Shown here one piece after another: positions 50,295 to 60,069 of a DNA stretch of 64,000 bases; the stretch's first letter is position 1, and each line of letters starts with the position of its first letter. The stretch is from assembly GCA_965218295.1 (NCBI GenBank), contig CBDCKN010000012.1, forward strand, positions 178,871 through 242,870, given 5' to 3'. This DNA comes from Longimicrobiales bacterium (GTDB lineage Bacteria; Gemmatimonadota; Gemmatimonadetes; Longimicrobiales; Gaopeijiaceae). A model generated the notes under the pieces. It saw nothing but the letters and a program-made list of their open reading frames with translations. It ran no database searches and was not told the origin of the DNA. The position numbers and the translations under genes were made by a program.

Positions 50295-50810
50295 CGACGC
50301 TGCTGTGAGTCGTCTCTTCTGAGTCTCGGCCTCCCAGTACCGGTAAGCCTGTTTCTCAACCTGGCCGGATAGTTTCTTGTCATATGTCCCCGTTTCCGCC
50401 ATCTGTGCCGTCGCCTCGTCCATCCGACTCGTCAACAACATCAGGCTTTCTCTGACACTGTGGTCGTCACTTGCTGAGTCGGCTTCGATTCCAAGCCACA
50501 GGCTATCGAATTCGACGTAAATTTGGCTGAGACGCGTGTGACACGATGCCGTGCTTCGAAGCCTACCACCTGCGCGATAGAGCAGAGGCCACAGGCTACA
50601 GACGATGGTCCCAAGAATGGGCAGCCAAGTGAACCGTGCGAAGTTCGACATCGTGAATGCCATGCCGCACATAGCCCCTACCGTTGTGCAAACCGCAGCG
50701 ATGCGATCCCGCTTTGCCATTTTATCGGCTAGTTCGCCGTAGTACCTCTGCAACCTGTCCGCCTGGAACCTCCCATCCCAGACGGCTGTGCGTATCGTGG
50801 CGTCTATCAT
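50289..50810 (-). CDS. Two-TM SLATT-like membrane protein
   Basis: Helix with RYY, two adjacent TM segments, helical C-terminus; AGGAG RBS. Confidence 0.5.
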   Translation of the reverse strand: MIDATIRTAVWDGRFQADRLQRYYGELADKMAKRDRIAAVCTTVGAMCGMAFTMSNFARFTWLPILGTIVCSLWPLLYRAGGRLRSTASCHTRLSQIYVEFDSLWLGIEADSASDDHSVRESLMLLTSRMDEATAQMAETGTYDKKLSGQVEKQAYRYWEAETQKRRLTAAST

Positions 50811-51078
50811 GGCGCGGCTCCTGTCTTTCCGGTTTCCTGAAGTCTTAAATCCTGTGACCCGAGACCCCGCACCGCAAGGGACTCAACCCAGTTCGCCACA
50901 CACGCCGCCGCCGCTAAGATGGTCGGGGCGGCGTGCTGTGCCTGGTGCATCGTAGAATCGGCCCGAGTATCGAGCCCCACAAGGCTATGCATAAACCTTC
51001 CCTCTAGATGCAAGGTCTTGCACGCCAGAAAGGCAGGAATATCTATGCATTTGCTGCGTCAAGTATATAATCACCGTT

Positions 51079-52014
51079 TCATGACTCGCTTCCCGGCGGG
51101 CCGGAAACCGGGAGTACGGCAACCATGTCCGCTTCTTCATACACGACCACGTAGTCTTGGCGAGGGTTGGGGAAGGACGCGCCGAACAAGTGCTTTGTCT
51201 TCAGCGCGTCCGACTTCTTGCCATAAACTGGCCTGTTGCCGCCAAACTTGGGGGCTGTCCATCGGACCGTTGAGCCTAGCGTCAGCGGTGGCTCAAGTGC
51301 CCCTGCGATTCTCTGGTACCGGTCAATGGACCCGCCCGGCGGCAGGATTACCAAGTCGGTGTGAATCTTCACCGCCCAGCACTGGTACTCCGTCAGCAGC
51401 AGGACCGCATGTTCTGGAAAGTGCGGGTTCGCGGGGTCGTCAGTGAACGCCACCAAGGGTCGGATCAGCTTCTTCTCCGGGGACAGCAACTGTTCACGGA
51501 TGGATGACACCGCCTCACCTTGAGCGTACCGATATCCCGCCGCCCCCAGCAGGCTGAACACCATCAAGTACGCGCTCTTCAGTAACCCCAACAGGATGGC
51601 GTCGGGCTTGGGTTCGGTCTGGCGTAGCGTGAACGGTCCGTGGCTCTTCCCTACTACATCGCGCCGGGTTCTGATCCTGATTTCATCCTTCCCGATGTCA
51701 TAATGCTTCGGGTGGATGGTGTAGGGTCGCTTGCCGTCACCTTCAACGGTGATGGGGTAGCCACCCTGTTCTTGAGCCCGGTAGAAGCGGGCCACGGCTT
51801 GGTCTATCATTCCCGTCGCCGGGCCGGTGTTGCACTGCATACACGTGAGGCAGGCGGGCTTGCCGCCCACCGATTCTTGGGGGGCGTGTTCGAGCGTCAC
51901 GACTTCGCCAGCCCGTACGTCGGGTTCAGTGAACTCGGTCAAGCAGATTGGACAGTGCGTGTTCCCTTGCTCGAAGAGCCGGAGCCGTTTTTCTTGCGGA
52001 CTGGTTCTGGTCAT
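51079..52014 (-). CDS. HNH-type endonuclease domain protein
   Basis: CPIC...TLEHAPQESVGG...TCMQCN; LLKSAYL. Confidence 0.75.
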   Translation of the reverse strand: MTRTSPQEKRLRLFEQGNTHCPICLTEFTEPDVRAGEVVTLEHAPQESVGGKPACLTCMQCNTGPATGMIDQAVARFYRAQEQGGYPITVEGDGKRPYTIHPKHYDIGKDEIRIRTRRDVVGKSHGPFTLRQTEPKPDAILLGLLKSAYLMVFSLLGAAGYRYAQGEAVSSIREQLLSPEKKLIRPLVAFTDDPANPHFPEHAVLLLTEYQCWAVKIHTDLVILPPGGSIDRYQRIAGALEPPLTLGSTVRWTAPKFGGNRPVYGKKSDALKTKHLFGASFPNPRQDYVVVYEEADMVAVLPVSGPPGSES

Positions 52015-52119
52015 CGTTGCCCCTTTTGTCTCGCTTTTCTCGCTGAAGGGGGGTCGAGGTGGAGGGGGTTGGGTGATCGTCCTTGAATGTAGCCCTGGGG
52101 GTGTAGAATCGGGACCGGG

Positions 52120-52385
52120 CTAGTTTAGGCGGTACGCGATCCGACCCGACAACATCGGCCGCATGTCCGCTCTGTGCCTCCATCCCATGGAAGTGGAAGG
52201 GGTGGCACTTCGCCGAGGCCGGGTCGCCATTTGAGCGCGAAGGCCGCAGGCGGGGCGCGGGAAGTCGTGCGGAACGTGTGGGGGTGCATGGAACCCTGGA
52301 CCGGTGCCACGGACGGAGGTGCTCTTCCCGCCGGCCAAGCGCGCAGCACCGGAAGCATCAGGCTCTGAAAGTCAGGAACAGGCAT
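52120..52385 (-). pseudogene. mrr: Mrr restriction endonuclease relic
   Basis: MPVPDFQSLMLPVLR (Mrr N-terminus) with GAGGAG RBS, then frameshift/deletion. Confidence 0.65.
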
Positions 52386-52450
52386 GACCGACTCCTCGGG
52401 TGAGGAACGGCGTCTGTCGAACGGCGCGTTCTACGGAAAGCAGCGGTGGT

Positions 52451-55400
52451 TCAGATATCGACCTCCGCGTCGGGATGGCCGACGGCGAGCGCGCTCGTCC
52501 ACGCAAGGCACAGGTCGCGGGAGCGGTACGCCCCGTACACGGCCTTCTCGTCGCGTTCGACGATGGGGAAGGTGGAGTAGACGTAGCGGATGTCGTCCCG
52601 ATCCGTCACGCCGTAGAGGTGGAAGTAGAGCGCGTCCAGCTTGGCCCGCAGGTTAAGGCGGCGCTCGGCATCCCAGCGGAATGGCGGCTGGACCTCCCCG
52701 CCCTCATCCACATGGCCCATCTCGCGGGCGAACCGGGCCATGTCGTGCGCCGTGTAGGTGAGTTCGAGCACGGCCTCGCGGACGATCTCCTCCGCCGTCT
52801 TGGGTCCGAAACTCACGGTGCGGTACCGCTCGAAAGGGACGACGGGAAGCTGTTCTAGAATGAACAGATTCAGGGTCTGACCCTGGACCTTCTGGCGCGT
52901 TACGAAGTCGAACACCGTCGCGTTGAGATTGGCCGCGAGCAGCCATTCGCTGCGCTCCGAAGTCTCCGGCTTCAAGACCGGCACCTTGTTGCCGAATCCG
53001 ACAGCCGGGAAAAGCGCGGCGATGAACGTCCGGACGTTGGTCGGCGCGGTGATCTCCTTGAAGCCCACAACCCAACTGGACTTCGAAGGCCAAGCACATT
53101 CGGACGCTCGCACCCAGTACTGAGGGTCCGGCAGCCAGTTCGGGTCGCCATGCTGCTCAAGCGTGGCCGGTTTCGGCTGGGCCGGGCGGTGAAGGTTCTT
53201 CGGGTTGATGACGATGCTGGCGGCCCGGTGGTCGAACGCCTGCACCATCTTGCCCTCGTAGAGCGGCACCCATTCGCCGGACGGGCTCTGGTATCGGTTG
53301 CCGCCGACCGGCCACGCGCCTTCCTGCTCCTCCAGTTCCGAACGCGTGCGGAACAGGCCGGAGTCGTTGGTCATGTGGAACATCGTCGAGTACTTCACCG
53401 GCCACGCCTTCACCTCCTCACCTGACGAGCGGTCGACCAACACCGGCAGGCGGTCGTAGATCGCGGTCGTGAGTTCCGCGTCACGCCGAGAGCGGAAGAT
53501 CGGCGCCGTGCCGGTGTTTGGATTGACTCGGGCGAAGTCCGCGGCAGACAGTGGAAAGCACCGCTCCGGGTCTTCGACTCCCGACACGGCATGCAGATAG
53601 AAGGCGCACTGGGCGGCCTCGGGGAGGCGCCGGGGGCTCGCAACGAAGACGCAGAACTTGAAGGACGCGTGGACATCGGGGAAGAACACCTTCTTGTTCT
53701 CGAAATCGTAGAGCGCCTTGAGCCTGTCCTCCGTAGCCACGCTCTTGAAGAACGGGGCCGCCGTCCAGTCTGATGCAATGCCGGATGGCACCAGCAGCCC
53801 AACCATGCCATCGGGCTTCACCAGCGTCATGGCGTGTTCGACGAACAGCGAGTAGAGGTTGAGGTCGCCCCGAGCCAGCAGCGGATAGTCTCCCGATGTC
53901 CGGGCAACCCGCGCGGCGGCCGCCGCCCGCTCGCTTGCCAGCCGGAAGTCCCGGGCCAGCGGGTCTCCCGCCTTCTCGAGCGCGGCAATCATGCCCTTGC
54001 GGTCGGCGGCTCGCGGAGCCATGGCGATCTCGCGGCGGCGTGCCGCGAACCATTCGACCTGTTGCAGCTTCATCCGGTCCCAGGGCGGATTGCCGATCAC
54101 GGCGTCGAAGCCGCCCGTCAACTCCGTGGCCTCCCATTCCGACCACACACCCGGGAAGGCGACCTGCCAGTTCAGGAACCGCTCGCTCGCGACGAGTTCC
54201 AGCGCAACCGTCAGAACGCCATCGGCCTCCTCCGAGCCGGACAGCCCCGTCTGGGCGATGTCGATCGGATTGCCGGACGTACCCTGTAGCCAATTCAGAT
54301 ACGCGGCTTTGACCTCGCGTCTTCGAAGACCCAACCAGTCGAACGCGTGAAGCAGCGACATGAAGGCGTCCAAAGGAGCGGTCATCTCCGAGATTTCGGC
54401 GAATATGTCGGCGGAGCGATGCGCTTCGGCGATCTCGGCATCCGTCAGCCCCTCGATGATCTGCATGGGCGCCGCCGCGCGCGTGGCTCGCTCGAGCGGC
54501 TCCCTCAGGAACAGACTGCTCGTCTCCTCCGTCCTGTGGACGGCGGGCGCCACCCAGGTGCCGAACAGGCTGTCGCCGCAGCGCAGGTGATGATCTAGAA
54601 AGCTGAGCGGCGCCCCGACAGTGAAGGTGTGGAGCCACAGCGACACCTTGGTCAACTCCACCGCCATCGGGTTCTTGTCCACGCCGTAGACACAGCGTTT
54701 GAGCACCATGCGGCGGACGATGTGCCGGTCGTCGAGCTGAGCCGGATCGAACGTCCAGCCACGGTCCTCGGCGTTGTCGATGATCGTGTTGCGGATCCCG
54801 TCGATCCGCTCCACCAACGGCGAGAGGTATCCGTCCACGAGGGCCTCAGCCTCGGCCATGGCCTCGATGACGCGGTCGGCTAGGTAGTCCACAAGGTTGA
54901 CCAGGAAGTGTCCAGAGCCCATGGCCGGGTCGCAGACCTTCAACTCCAGCAGCATTTCCGCCGGGTCGAGCCGCTTCAAGCGGCCCATGCGGCGGTCCTC
55001 CGATACCTGGCTTGACGGGATATCCTCCGCCTTGGCGGCGAACGCCTCCATGCGCGAGTCCGCGAGCGGTCCGACCGTCTCCCGCACGATCAGGTCAACC
55101 AGATCGTCGGGCGTGTAGTAGCTGCCCGAGTCCTTGCGCGCGAACACGTTCGGACGGACCACGATGTTCCCATCCTCGCGAACGACCTCCCGTTCGAGCA
55201 GCCGCTCGTAGATCGAGCCGAGTTGCTGGACCCCGAGATCCCGGTAGTTGATGTACCGCCGCCTCGGGCCATTTCGCTCGAACGAAAGCGCATCGATCAC
55301 GTCGGCCATCACCGTGTCGCCCAGCCGAACACGGGAGAGCAGGGGAGTGCGGTCGCGGTCGAACAACCCGCCGTTGTAGGGCGGCAGGCCGATAGAGGCA

Positions 55401-56482
55401 TCACCCGCATCGATGGCGCGGCATAGGTCGTCGAACGCCGACCAGTAGCGCGCCGCCGATGCTGAGAACACGTCGCCCTGGTCCTTGCGGCGGCCGATGT
55501 CGCCGCGCACCCGGTCCCGGAGCGCGTAGTCGTCGTAGCGGCTGTCGCGTACCGGCAGGAGATCGCGGTCTTCGGCGTAAAGCACGAAGAGAAGCCTGTA
55601 GAGCAAGACCAACGCTGCGTCGCGCACTTCGGGCAACGGGGCTTCGGGATCTGCCTTGGCCAGTGCCCGAACAAAGTCCGGGAAGACTTGCTCGAAGACC
55701 AAGACGGACAGGCTGCCGGCGACCCTTTCTTGATGGAAGCGTCCTTCCTCGATCGCCCGCTCGTGAAACGTTCGCTCGTCCGCCGCGTCGGGAAGGAAGG
55801 CATCCCGCCGGAACACCAGCCAGAACACCCTGAGCCAGTGTCTCCGGACATCGGCCGGGATGGCGTCGTGGCCATCGCCCGGCATCCCGAGAACCGCCGC
55901 CAGATTAAGCTCGAAGAACTGTTCGGCGACCGAGCGCGCGCCCGCGTAGTACAGACGCCAGCGGGCGCCGTTCGTCAGAATGCCCCACCGGAGCTTGCCG
56001 GTGGTCTGGTCGTCGATGCGGCGGAGGTAGCGCAGCATCTGCGTCGAGGGCGCGGACTCCTCGCCCCGCCGCCCGGAGCGACGGTCCAGCGGTCGAAGCC
56101 ACCGTTTCGATTCCACGACCGCGAGGCCGTGCTCGTAGCGCTTCCACTCCTCGGCGAAGCGGTTCGCCCGGTCCTTCGAGGCGCCGTCGGCGAACAGCAA
56201 GCCGTCCGGCACGTCTTCGCGTCCGCGCGCCGAGAGGTTCTGCTGCCTGAGGCTGGCAGTCCAGCCGAGCCGCGCCAACACCGGCCAGATCAGGTCATCC
56301 TCGGTCTGGCTCTCGTTGGGCGACAGAGCCGTCGGGAAGCGGTTGAACAGGCCACGCAACGCGGCCTCGAGGTCTGCGAGTCCCTCGTCGGCCAAGTCCC
56401 GCCAGTCCCGAAGCTCGGCGATCGTTTCTCGAAGGAAGTCCTCGGCGAACAGGCTCCCCTCGAAGGGCCGGACCATCGTCAT
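52451..56482 (-). CDS. Type IIG/IIL fused restriction-modification enzyme (Eco57I-like)
   Basis: PDGLLF...VESK; ILTNGARWRLY; GSYYTP; DPAMGSGHFL; IGNPPW; C-terminal target-recognition region. Confidence 0.9.
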   Translation of the reverse strand: MTMVRPFEGSLFAEDFLRETIAELRDWRDLADEGLADLEAALRGLFNRFPTALSPNESQTEDDLIWPVLARLGWTASLRQQNLSARGREDVPDGLLFADGASKDRANRFAEEWKRYEHGLAVVESKRWLRPLDRRSGRRGEESAPSTQMLRYLRRIDDQTTGKLRWGILTNGARWRLYYAGARSVAEQFFELNLAAVLGMPGDGHDAIPADVRRHWLRVFWLVFRRDAFLPDAADERTFHERAIEEGRFHQERVAGSLSVLVFEQVFPDFVRALAKADPEAPLPEVRDAALVLLYRLLFVLYAEDRDLLPVRDSRYDDYALRDRVRGDIGRRKDQGDVFSASAARYWSAFDDLCRAIDAGDASIGLPPYNGGLFDRDRTPLLSRVRLGDTVMADVIDALSFERNGPRRRYINYRDLGVQQLGSIYERLLEREVVREDGNIVVRPNVFARKDSGSYYTPDDLVDLIVRETVGPLADSRMEAFAAKAEDIPSSQVSEDRRMGRLKRLDPAEMLLELKVCDPAMGSGHFLVNLVDYLADRVIEAMAEAEALVDGYLSPLVERIDGIRNTIIDNAEDRGWTFDPAQLDDRHIVRRMVLKRCVYGVDKNPMAVELTKVSLWLHTFTVGAPLSFLDHHLRCGDSLFGTWVAPAVHRTEETSSLFLREPLERATRAAAPMQIIEGLTDAEIAEAHRSADIFAEISEMTAPLDAFMSLLHAFDWLGLRRREVKAAYLNWLQGTSGNPIDIAQTGLSGSEEADGVLTVALELVASERFLNWQVAFPGVWSEWEATELTGGFDAVIGNPPWDRMKLQQVEWFAARRREIAMAPRAADRKGMIAALEKAGDPLARDFRLASERAAAAARVARTSGDYPLLARGDLNLYSLFVEHAMTLVKPDGMVGLLVPSGIASDWTAAPFFKSVATEDRLKALYDFENKKVFFPDVHASFKFCVFVASPRRLPEAAQCAFYLHAVSGVEDPERCFPLSAADFARVNPNTGTAPIFRSRRDAELTTAIYDRLPVLVDRSSGEEVKAWPVKYSTMFHMTNDSGLFRTRSELEEQEGAWPVGGNRYQSPSGEWVPLYEGKMVQAFDHRAASIVINPKNLHRPAQPKPATLEQHGDPNWLPDPQYWVRASECAWPSKSSWVVGFKEITAPTNVRTFIAALFPAVGFGNKVPVLKPETSERSEWLLAANLNATVFDFVTRQKVQGQTLNLFILEQLPVVPFERYRTVSFGPKTAEEIVREAVLELTYTAHDMARFAREMGHVDEGGEVQPPFRWDAERRLNLRAKLDALYFHLYGVTDRDDIRYVYSTFPIVERDEKAVYGAYRSRDLCLAWTSALAVGHPDAEVDI

Positions 56483-56809
56483 CCGAGACCTCCAAAGCCC
56501 AACAGCCCCGAGTCAGCTTGGTCGAGCAGCGCAATCCTTAGTATTGTCCAATCCTCCTCTGACAGTGATCCGGCCCGTGCATCCAAACTAGCTCCCACCG
56601 CGCTCCAGCGCGCCTCGTCGAAAGCCCACCCGAGCCTGCGAGCGAAGCGTCGCTTTACGCTCGTCGGGAAGCCGACGGAGGTGCCGTCGCCGGAGGCCGA
56701 TTCCGTTCCGGAACCCCGCTGGAAGCCTTGGGAAGTCGCCCCGATTCAGCGAGTTGACACAGCCCGGGCGGGGCTTCTCCGTGTACGGTGTATGGAGACT
56801 CCGCCGACC

Positions 56810-56957
56810 CGAGATTACCGCCGCCGTAGGCCGTCCGGCGCGCTTGCCGGGGAGCTGTCTGGCACCCTTAAGGTGGCTAAGCGAGATTACCGCCGCCGTA
56901 GGCCGTCCGGCGCGCTTGCCGGGGAGCTGTCTGGCACCCTTAAGGTGGCTAAGCCAG
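56810..56957. other. Putative oriT with a 72-bp tandem duplication
   Basis: Units 56810-56881 and 56882-56953; ColE1-type nic CTGG^CTTA on the minus strand (56957-56950), upstream of mobC. Confidence 0.75.
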
Positions 56958-57092
56958 CCTACGCAGTGTTGAACACTGCGGCCTGGCAAGGGGACGCTGC
57001 GCCCCCCTTAGACCCCCGGCTTCGCGCGCCGCTGGCCGAGCAGCGGACGGGCGCGGGAGACCGCCCCCCGGAACCCCGCTCGCGGTGCGCCC

Positions 57093-57431
57093 GTGCCTGA
57101 GCGCCGCACCGTGATGCTCGCCGCGCGCGTTACGCCGGCGGAGCATGCCGCCTGGCGGGAGAAGGCGGCGGCGGCGGGCGTGTCGCCGTCCGAGTTGTTG
57201 CGGCGGGCGATGGCGCAAACGCGAACGTGGACCGCGCCGGCAAGGGCCATCGAGCGCGAACGCACCCGTCAGATCGCCCGCATCGGCAACAACCTGAACC
57301 AGCTTGCGCGCTGGGCGAACTCCCACAAGACGGCAGCCGAAGCCGTCACCGTGATCGCCAACCTCGTGTCGTTCGAGCGGTCGCTGCTCGCCGTGGCCCG
57401 CCCGGATGGAGACGGCGGGGATGCACGTTAA
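57093..57431 (+). CDS. mobC: MobC/MbeC relaxosome accessory protein
   Basis: RHH-like N-terminus; QIARIGNNLNQLARWAN. Confidence 0.9.
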   Translation: MPERRTVMLAARVTPAEHAAWREKAAAAGVSPSELLRRAMAQTRTWTAPARAIERERTRQIARIGNNLNQLARWANSHKTAAEAVTVIANLVSFERSLLAVARPDGDGGDAR

Positions 57432-58863
57432 GGTCCTCCCGCGCGGCAAGGGCTCGGCCCGGGCGGCGGTCGACTATCTCGTCGGCGAGCGCGACGCCGA
57501 GGGGCACAGGCGCGAGGGCGTCGAAGTGCTCCGCGGAAACCCCGACATGGTGGCCGCCGTCGCCGACTCGCTCGAGTTCGAGCGCAGGTACACGTCCGTC
57601 GTGATCGCGTGGGCGCCCGACGACCGGCCGACCGACGAGCAGATCGAAGCCGTCCTTGACGAGTTCGAGAAGACTGCCTGGGCCGGACTGGAGCCGGACC
57701 GCTACGCGTGGACGGCGGTTCTGCACCGCGAGCGCGGCGGCGGCGTCCACGCGCACGTGCTGGCCGCGCAGTGCGATCTCGAGACGGGCCGGAGCCTGAA
57801 CATCGCGCCGCCCGGCTGGCAGAGGACCTTCGACCCTCTACGCGACGCGTTCAACCACGAGCACGGCTGGAGCCGCCCGGACGACCCGGCGCGGGCCAGG
57901 GCGCAGCAGCCGGGCCACCGCGCCTACATCGAGGCGGCGAAGCTGCGGGCCGGGCTCGAACACGAGGCCGACCCCCGCAACCTGATCCGCGACTACCTGG
58001 TGCACCGCGTCGAGCACGGCGCGGTGCGAAGCCGCGCCGACGTGATCTCCGCCCTGGAGGATGTGGGCCTCGACGTGCCGCGCCAGGGCAAGGACTACAT
58101 CACCGCCCGCGATCCGGACAGCGGAAAGCGGTGGCGGCTGAGAGGAGCGCTGTATGAGCACGACTTCCACCCAGAACGACTTGACCTCCCGGCTGCGGAG
58201 CCGGCTGGAGACCGACCGGAAGCGGATCGAGGAGACGGCCGCGCGCGAGCTCAAGCGGCTTGGAGAGAGCTTGAGCGCCGTCAGAAGCGACGCGCTGCGT
58301 TCCATCGAAGCCGATACGGTGGAGGCGACCGGGCGGATGCGCGCGATGCTGCTGAGGGCTTGGCTCCGGCCCTTGGTGGTCGGCCTGAGCCTTTTTCTCG
58401 GGTTCAGCGGCGGGAGTTGGGTGACGATGCACTGGTTGTCGAGGAGCATCGAAGTCCGGATCGAGGCACTGGCGACGCTGAACCGGCAGGTCGAGCAGGC
58501 ACGCGGGACGCTGGCCGAGATCGAGGGGGATCGGTTCGTGGTGCTGCCGTTCGGCACACTGGACAATCCGCCCTGGACCGTGCGCGGTCGGCCTGCCGTG
58601 AAGCTATCGAGACAGTGAGGGAACTGTATGACCGACTTGGAACGGCGGCTGACGGCGGCCTTGGAGAGGTTGTCCGCGCAGTACGAGATGGAACAGCAGC
58701 GGCAATCAGAGCAGGTCGAAGCCTTGCAGCGGCAGGTCGAGCGGCTGACCGGGCAGGTGACACGCTTGACCGAATACTACGGGACGTTCGGCGCAGCGTC
58801 GCGCGGCCGCTGGAGGTGACGCGGCGGCGCGGGCCAGAGCGGGACCATGGTCCCAGCCGGTGA
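57421..58863 (+). CDS. mobA: MbeA-like (MOBP) relaxase
   Basis: GKGSARAAVDYL; RYTSVVIAW; HRE...HAH triad; GWSRPDDP; start refined to ATG at 57421. Confidence 0.88.
   Translation: MHVKVLPRGKGSARAAVDYLVGERDAEGHRREGVEVLRGNPDMVAAVADSLEFERRYTSVVIAWAPDDRPTDEQIEAVLDEFEKTAWAGLEPDRYAWTAVLHRERGGGVHAHVLAAQCDLETGRSLNIAPPGWQRTFDPLRDAFNHEHGWSRPDDPARARAQQPGHRAYIEAAKLRAGLEHEADPRNLIRDYLVHRVEHGAVRSRADVISALEDVGLDVPRQGKDYITARDPDSGKRWRLRGALYEHDFHPERLDLPAAEPAGDRPEADRGDGRARAQAAWRELERRQKRRAAFHRSRYGGGDRADARDAAEGLAPALGGRPEPFSRVQRRELGDDALVVEEHRSPDRGTGDAEPAGRAGTRDAGRDRGGSVRGAAVRHTGQSALDRARSACREAIETVRELYDRLGTAADGGLGEVVRAVRDGTAAAIRAGRSLAAAGRAADRAGDTLDRILRDVRRSVARPLEVTRRRGPERDHGPSR
58154..58618 (+). CDS. MbeB-like protein nested in the relaxase gene
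   Basis: AGGAG RBS; ELKRLGESL; TM segment; ColE1-like nesting. Confidence 0.7.
   Translation: MSTTSTQNDLTSRLRSRLETDRKRIEETAARELKRLGESLSAVRSDALRSIEADTVEATGRMRAMLLRAWLRPLVVGLSLFLGFSGGSWVTMHWLSRSIEVRIEALATLNRQVEQARGTLAEIEGDRFVVLPFGTLDNPPWTVRGRPAVKLSRQ
58628..58819 (+). CDS. MbeD/MobD-like protein nested in the relaxase gene
   Basis: MTDLERRLTAALERL...QVTRL coiled coil; GAGGGA RBS. Confidence 0.75.
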   Translation: MTDLERRLTAALERLSAQYEMEQQRQSEQVEALQRQVERLTGQVTRLTEYYGTFGAASRGRWR

Positions 58864-58963
58864 TCGGCTCCGTCAGTGGAAGCGACGAGCGGACAGACAG
58901 TGACATTACGGCGGGTGGTTCTGCTGAACTCCCGAATGAACACACCGGTCCCGCTCGACGGTT

Positions 58964-59452
58964 TCATGCGCTCGCCATCGGTTGGAGGCTGTCGAGGAAA
59001 GCCCACGCGATGCACTGCTCAACGTCCCCCAGCCATTCCATAGCCTCCGGATGGACGGCCAGCGCCGGTAGCAAGGCCGCAATCACCCACGGGCCGTCCG
59101 GAGGGTTGCGGAGGTCGCCGGGGTCGCATCCGTCGATGAACCAAGGGGCCGTCGCCACGGTCTCGCGCCATGCACGCTGCGGGCCAGCGCCACCGCCTTC
59201 CGCCACCGCCAGCACCGCCACGGGCAGCCCGTCCGGGGCAACGATGCGCGCCTGCAGGACGCGCGGGCCGTGTGGATGCGCGAGCACCTCCAGCCGCCAC
59301 GGATCGTCCGGACCCCGCAATGGCGCGGGGGTTGCGAACGCACCCGCCGCCGCGATTAGCCGTCCGTACGCGCGCGTCACGTGGTCGACCACCTCGGAGC
59401 GATCCGAATGGCGGTAGTGCCCCGTGTTCGCGGTCCAGTGTTCGAGCCTCAC
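58964..59452 (-). CDS. Hypothetical protein
   Basis: 162-aa ORF with protein-like composition. Confidence 0.5.
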   Translation of the reverse strand: MRLEHWTANTGHYRHSDRSEVVDHVTRAYGRLIAAAGAFATPAPLRGPDDPWRLEVLAHPHGPRVLQARIVAPDGLPVAVLAVAEGGGAGPQRAWRETVATAPWFIDGCDPGDLRNPPDGPWVIAALLPALAVHPEAMEWLGDVEQCIAWAFLDSLQPMASA

Positions 59453-60069
59453 GGGTCGATTCCCACAGAATAGTTTGAAGGGCCGTCTCCCTGCCTGCCA
59501 TCGTCACGGCCAGTCTGGGTTCGCCCTCCGACCGGAGCACCATCAACAGTACAAGGCATTTCACACACCGCCCGCGAGTGCAAGAGAGTTTTCCACAGCG
59601 GTGTGGGAAATTGATTCAGGGTACCGAGAATCGGCGAAGGTCCTGGCGGATTGGCGTGAGGGCGAACGGTCGTCGGAGGAACTATTTCCCGAGCACGATG
59701 TGGTCCCACTCCGGCATCCCGTTGCGGAGATGCAATTCGGGGGGCCAAAGGGCGCTGATAACGAGCAGCAGTGACCCGGCCCAGGCCCTCGGGGATAGAG
59801 AACGGTCCGGGGCCGCTTCCGGCTTTGCACTAGCGCCGGTCAGATATGCCGCCCCGGCCTTGTTCTGCACAACATGCACTGGGACTGCCTCGACAGCCTA
59901 GGCACCGAGCGGACCGTTCGCCACACCGAGTCTGGGTTGCGCGGTCTCCGCTTTGACCGCAAGCCTTCGAGAGGTGGTCGAGCCAGGGGAGGATCCTGTA
60001 AGGAATCCCGGTTAGATTCGTGCAGGGCCGATGGAGGAACGGCCGGATCATTGACACCTTGGAGAACTG

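Noticed and set aside
56810..56953. CRISPR array
   Set aside because: Two adjacent 72-bp units without spacers; no cas genes; oriT context
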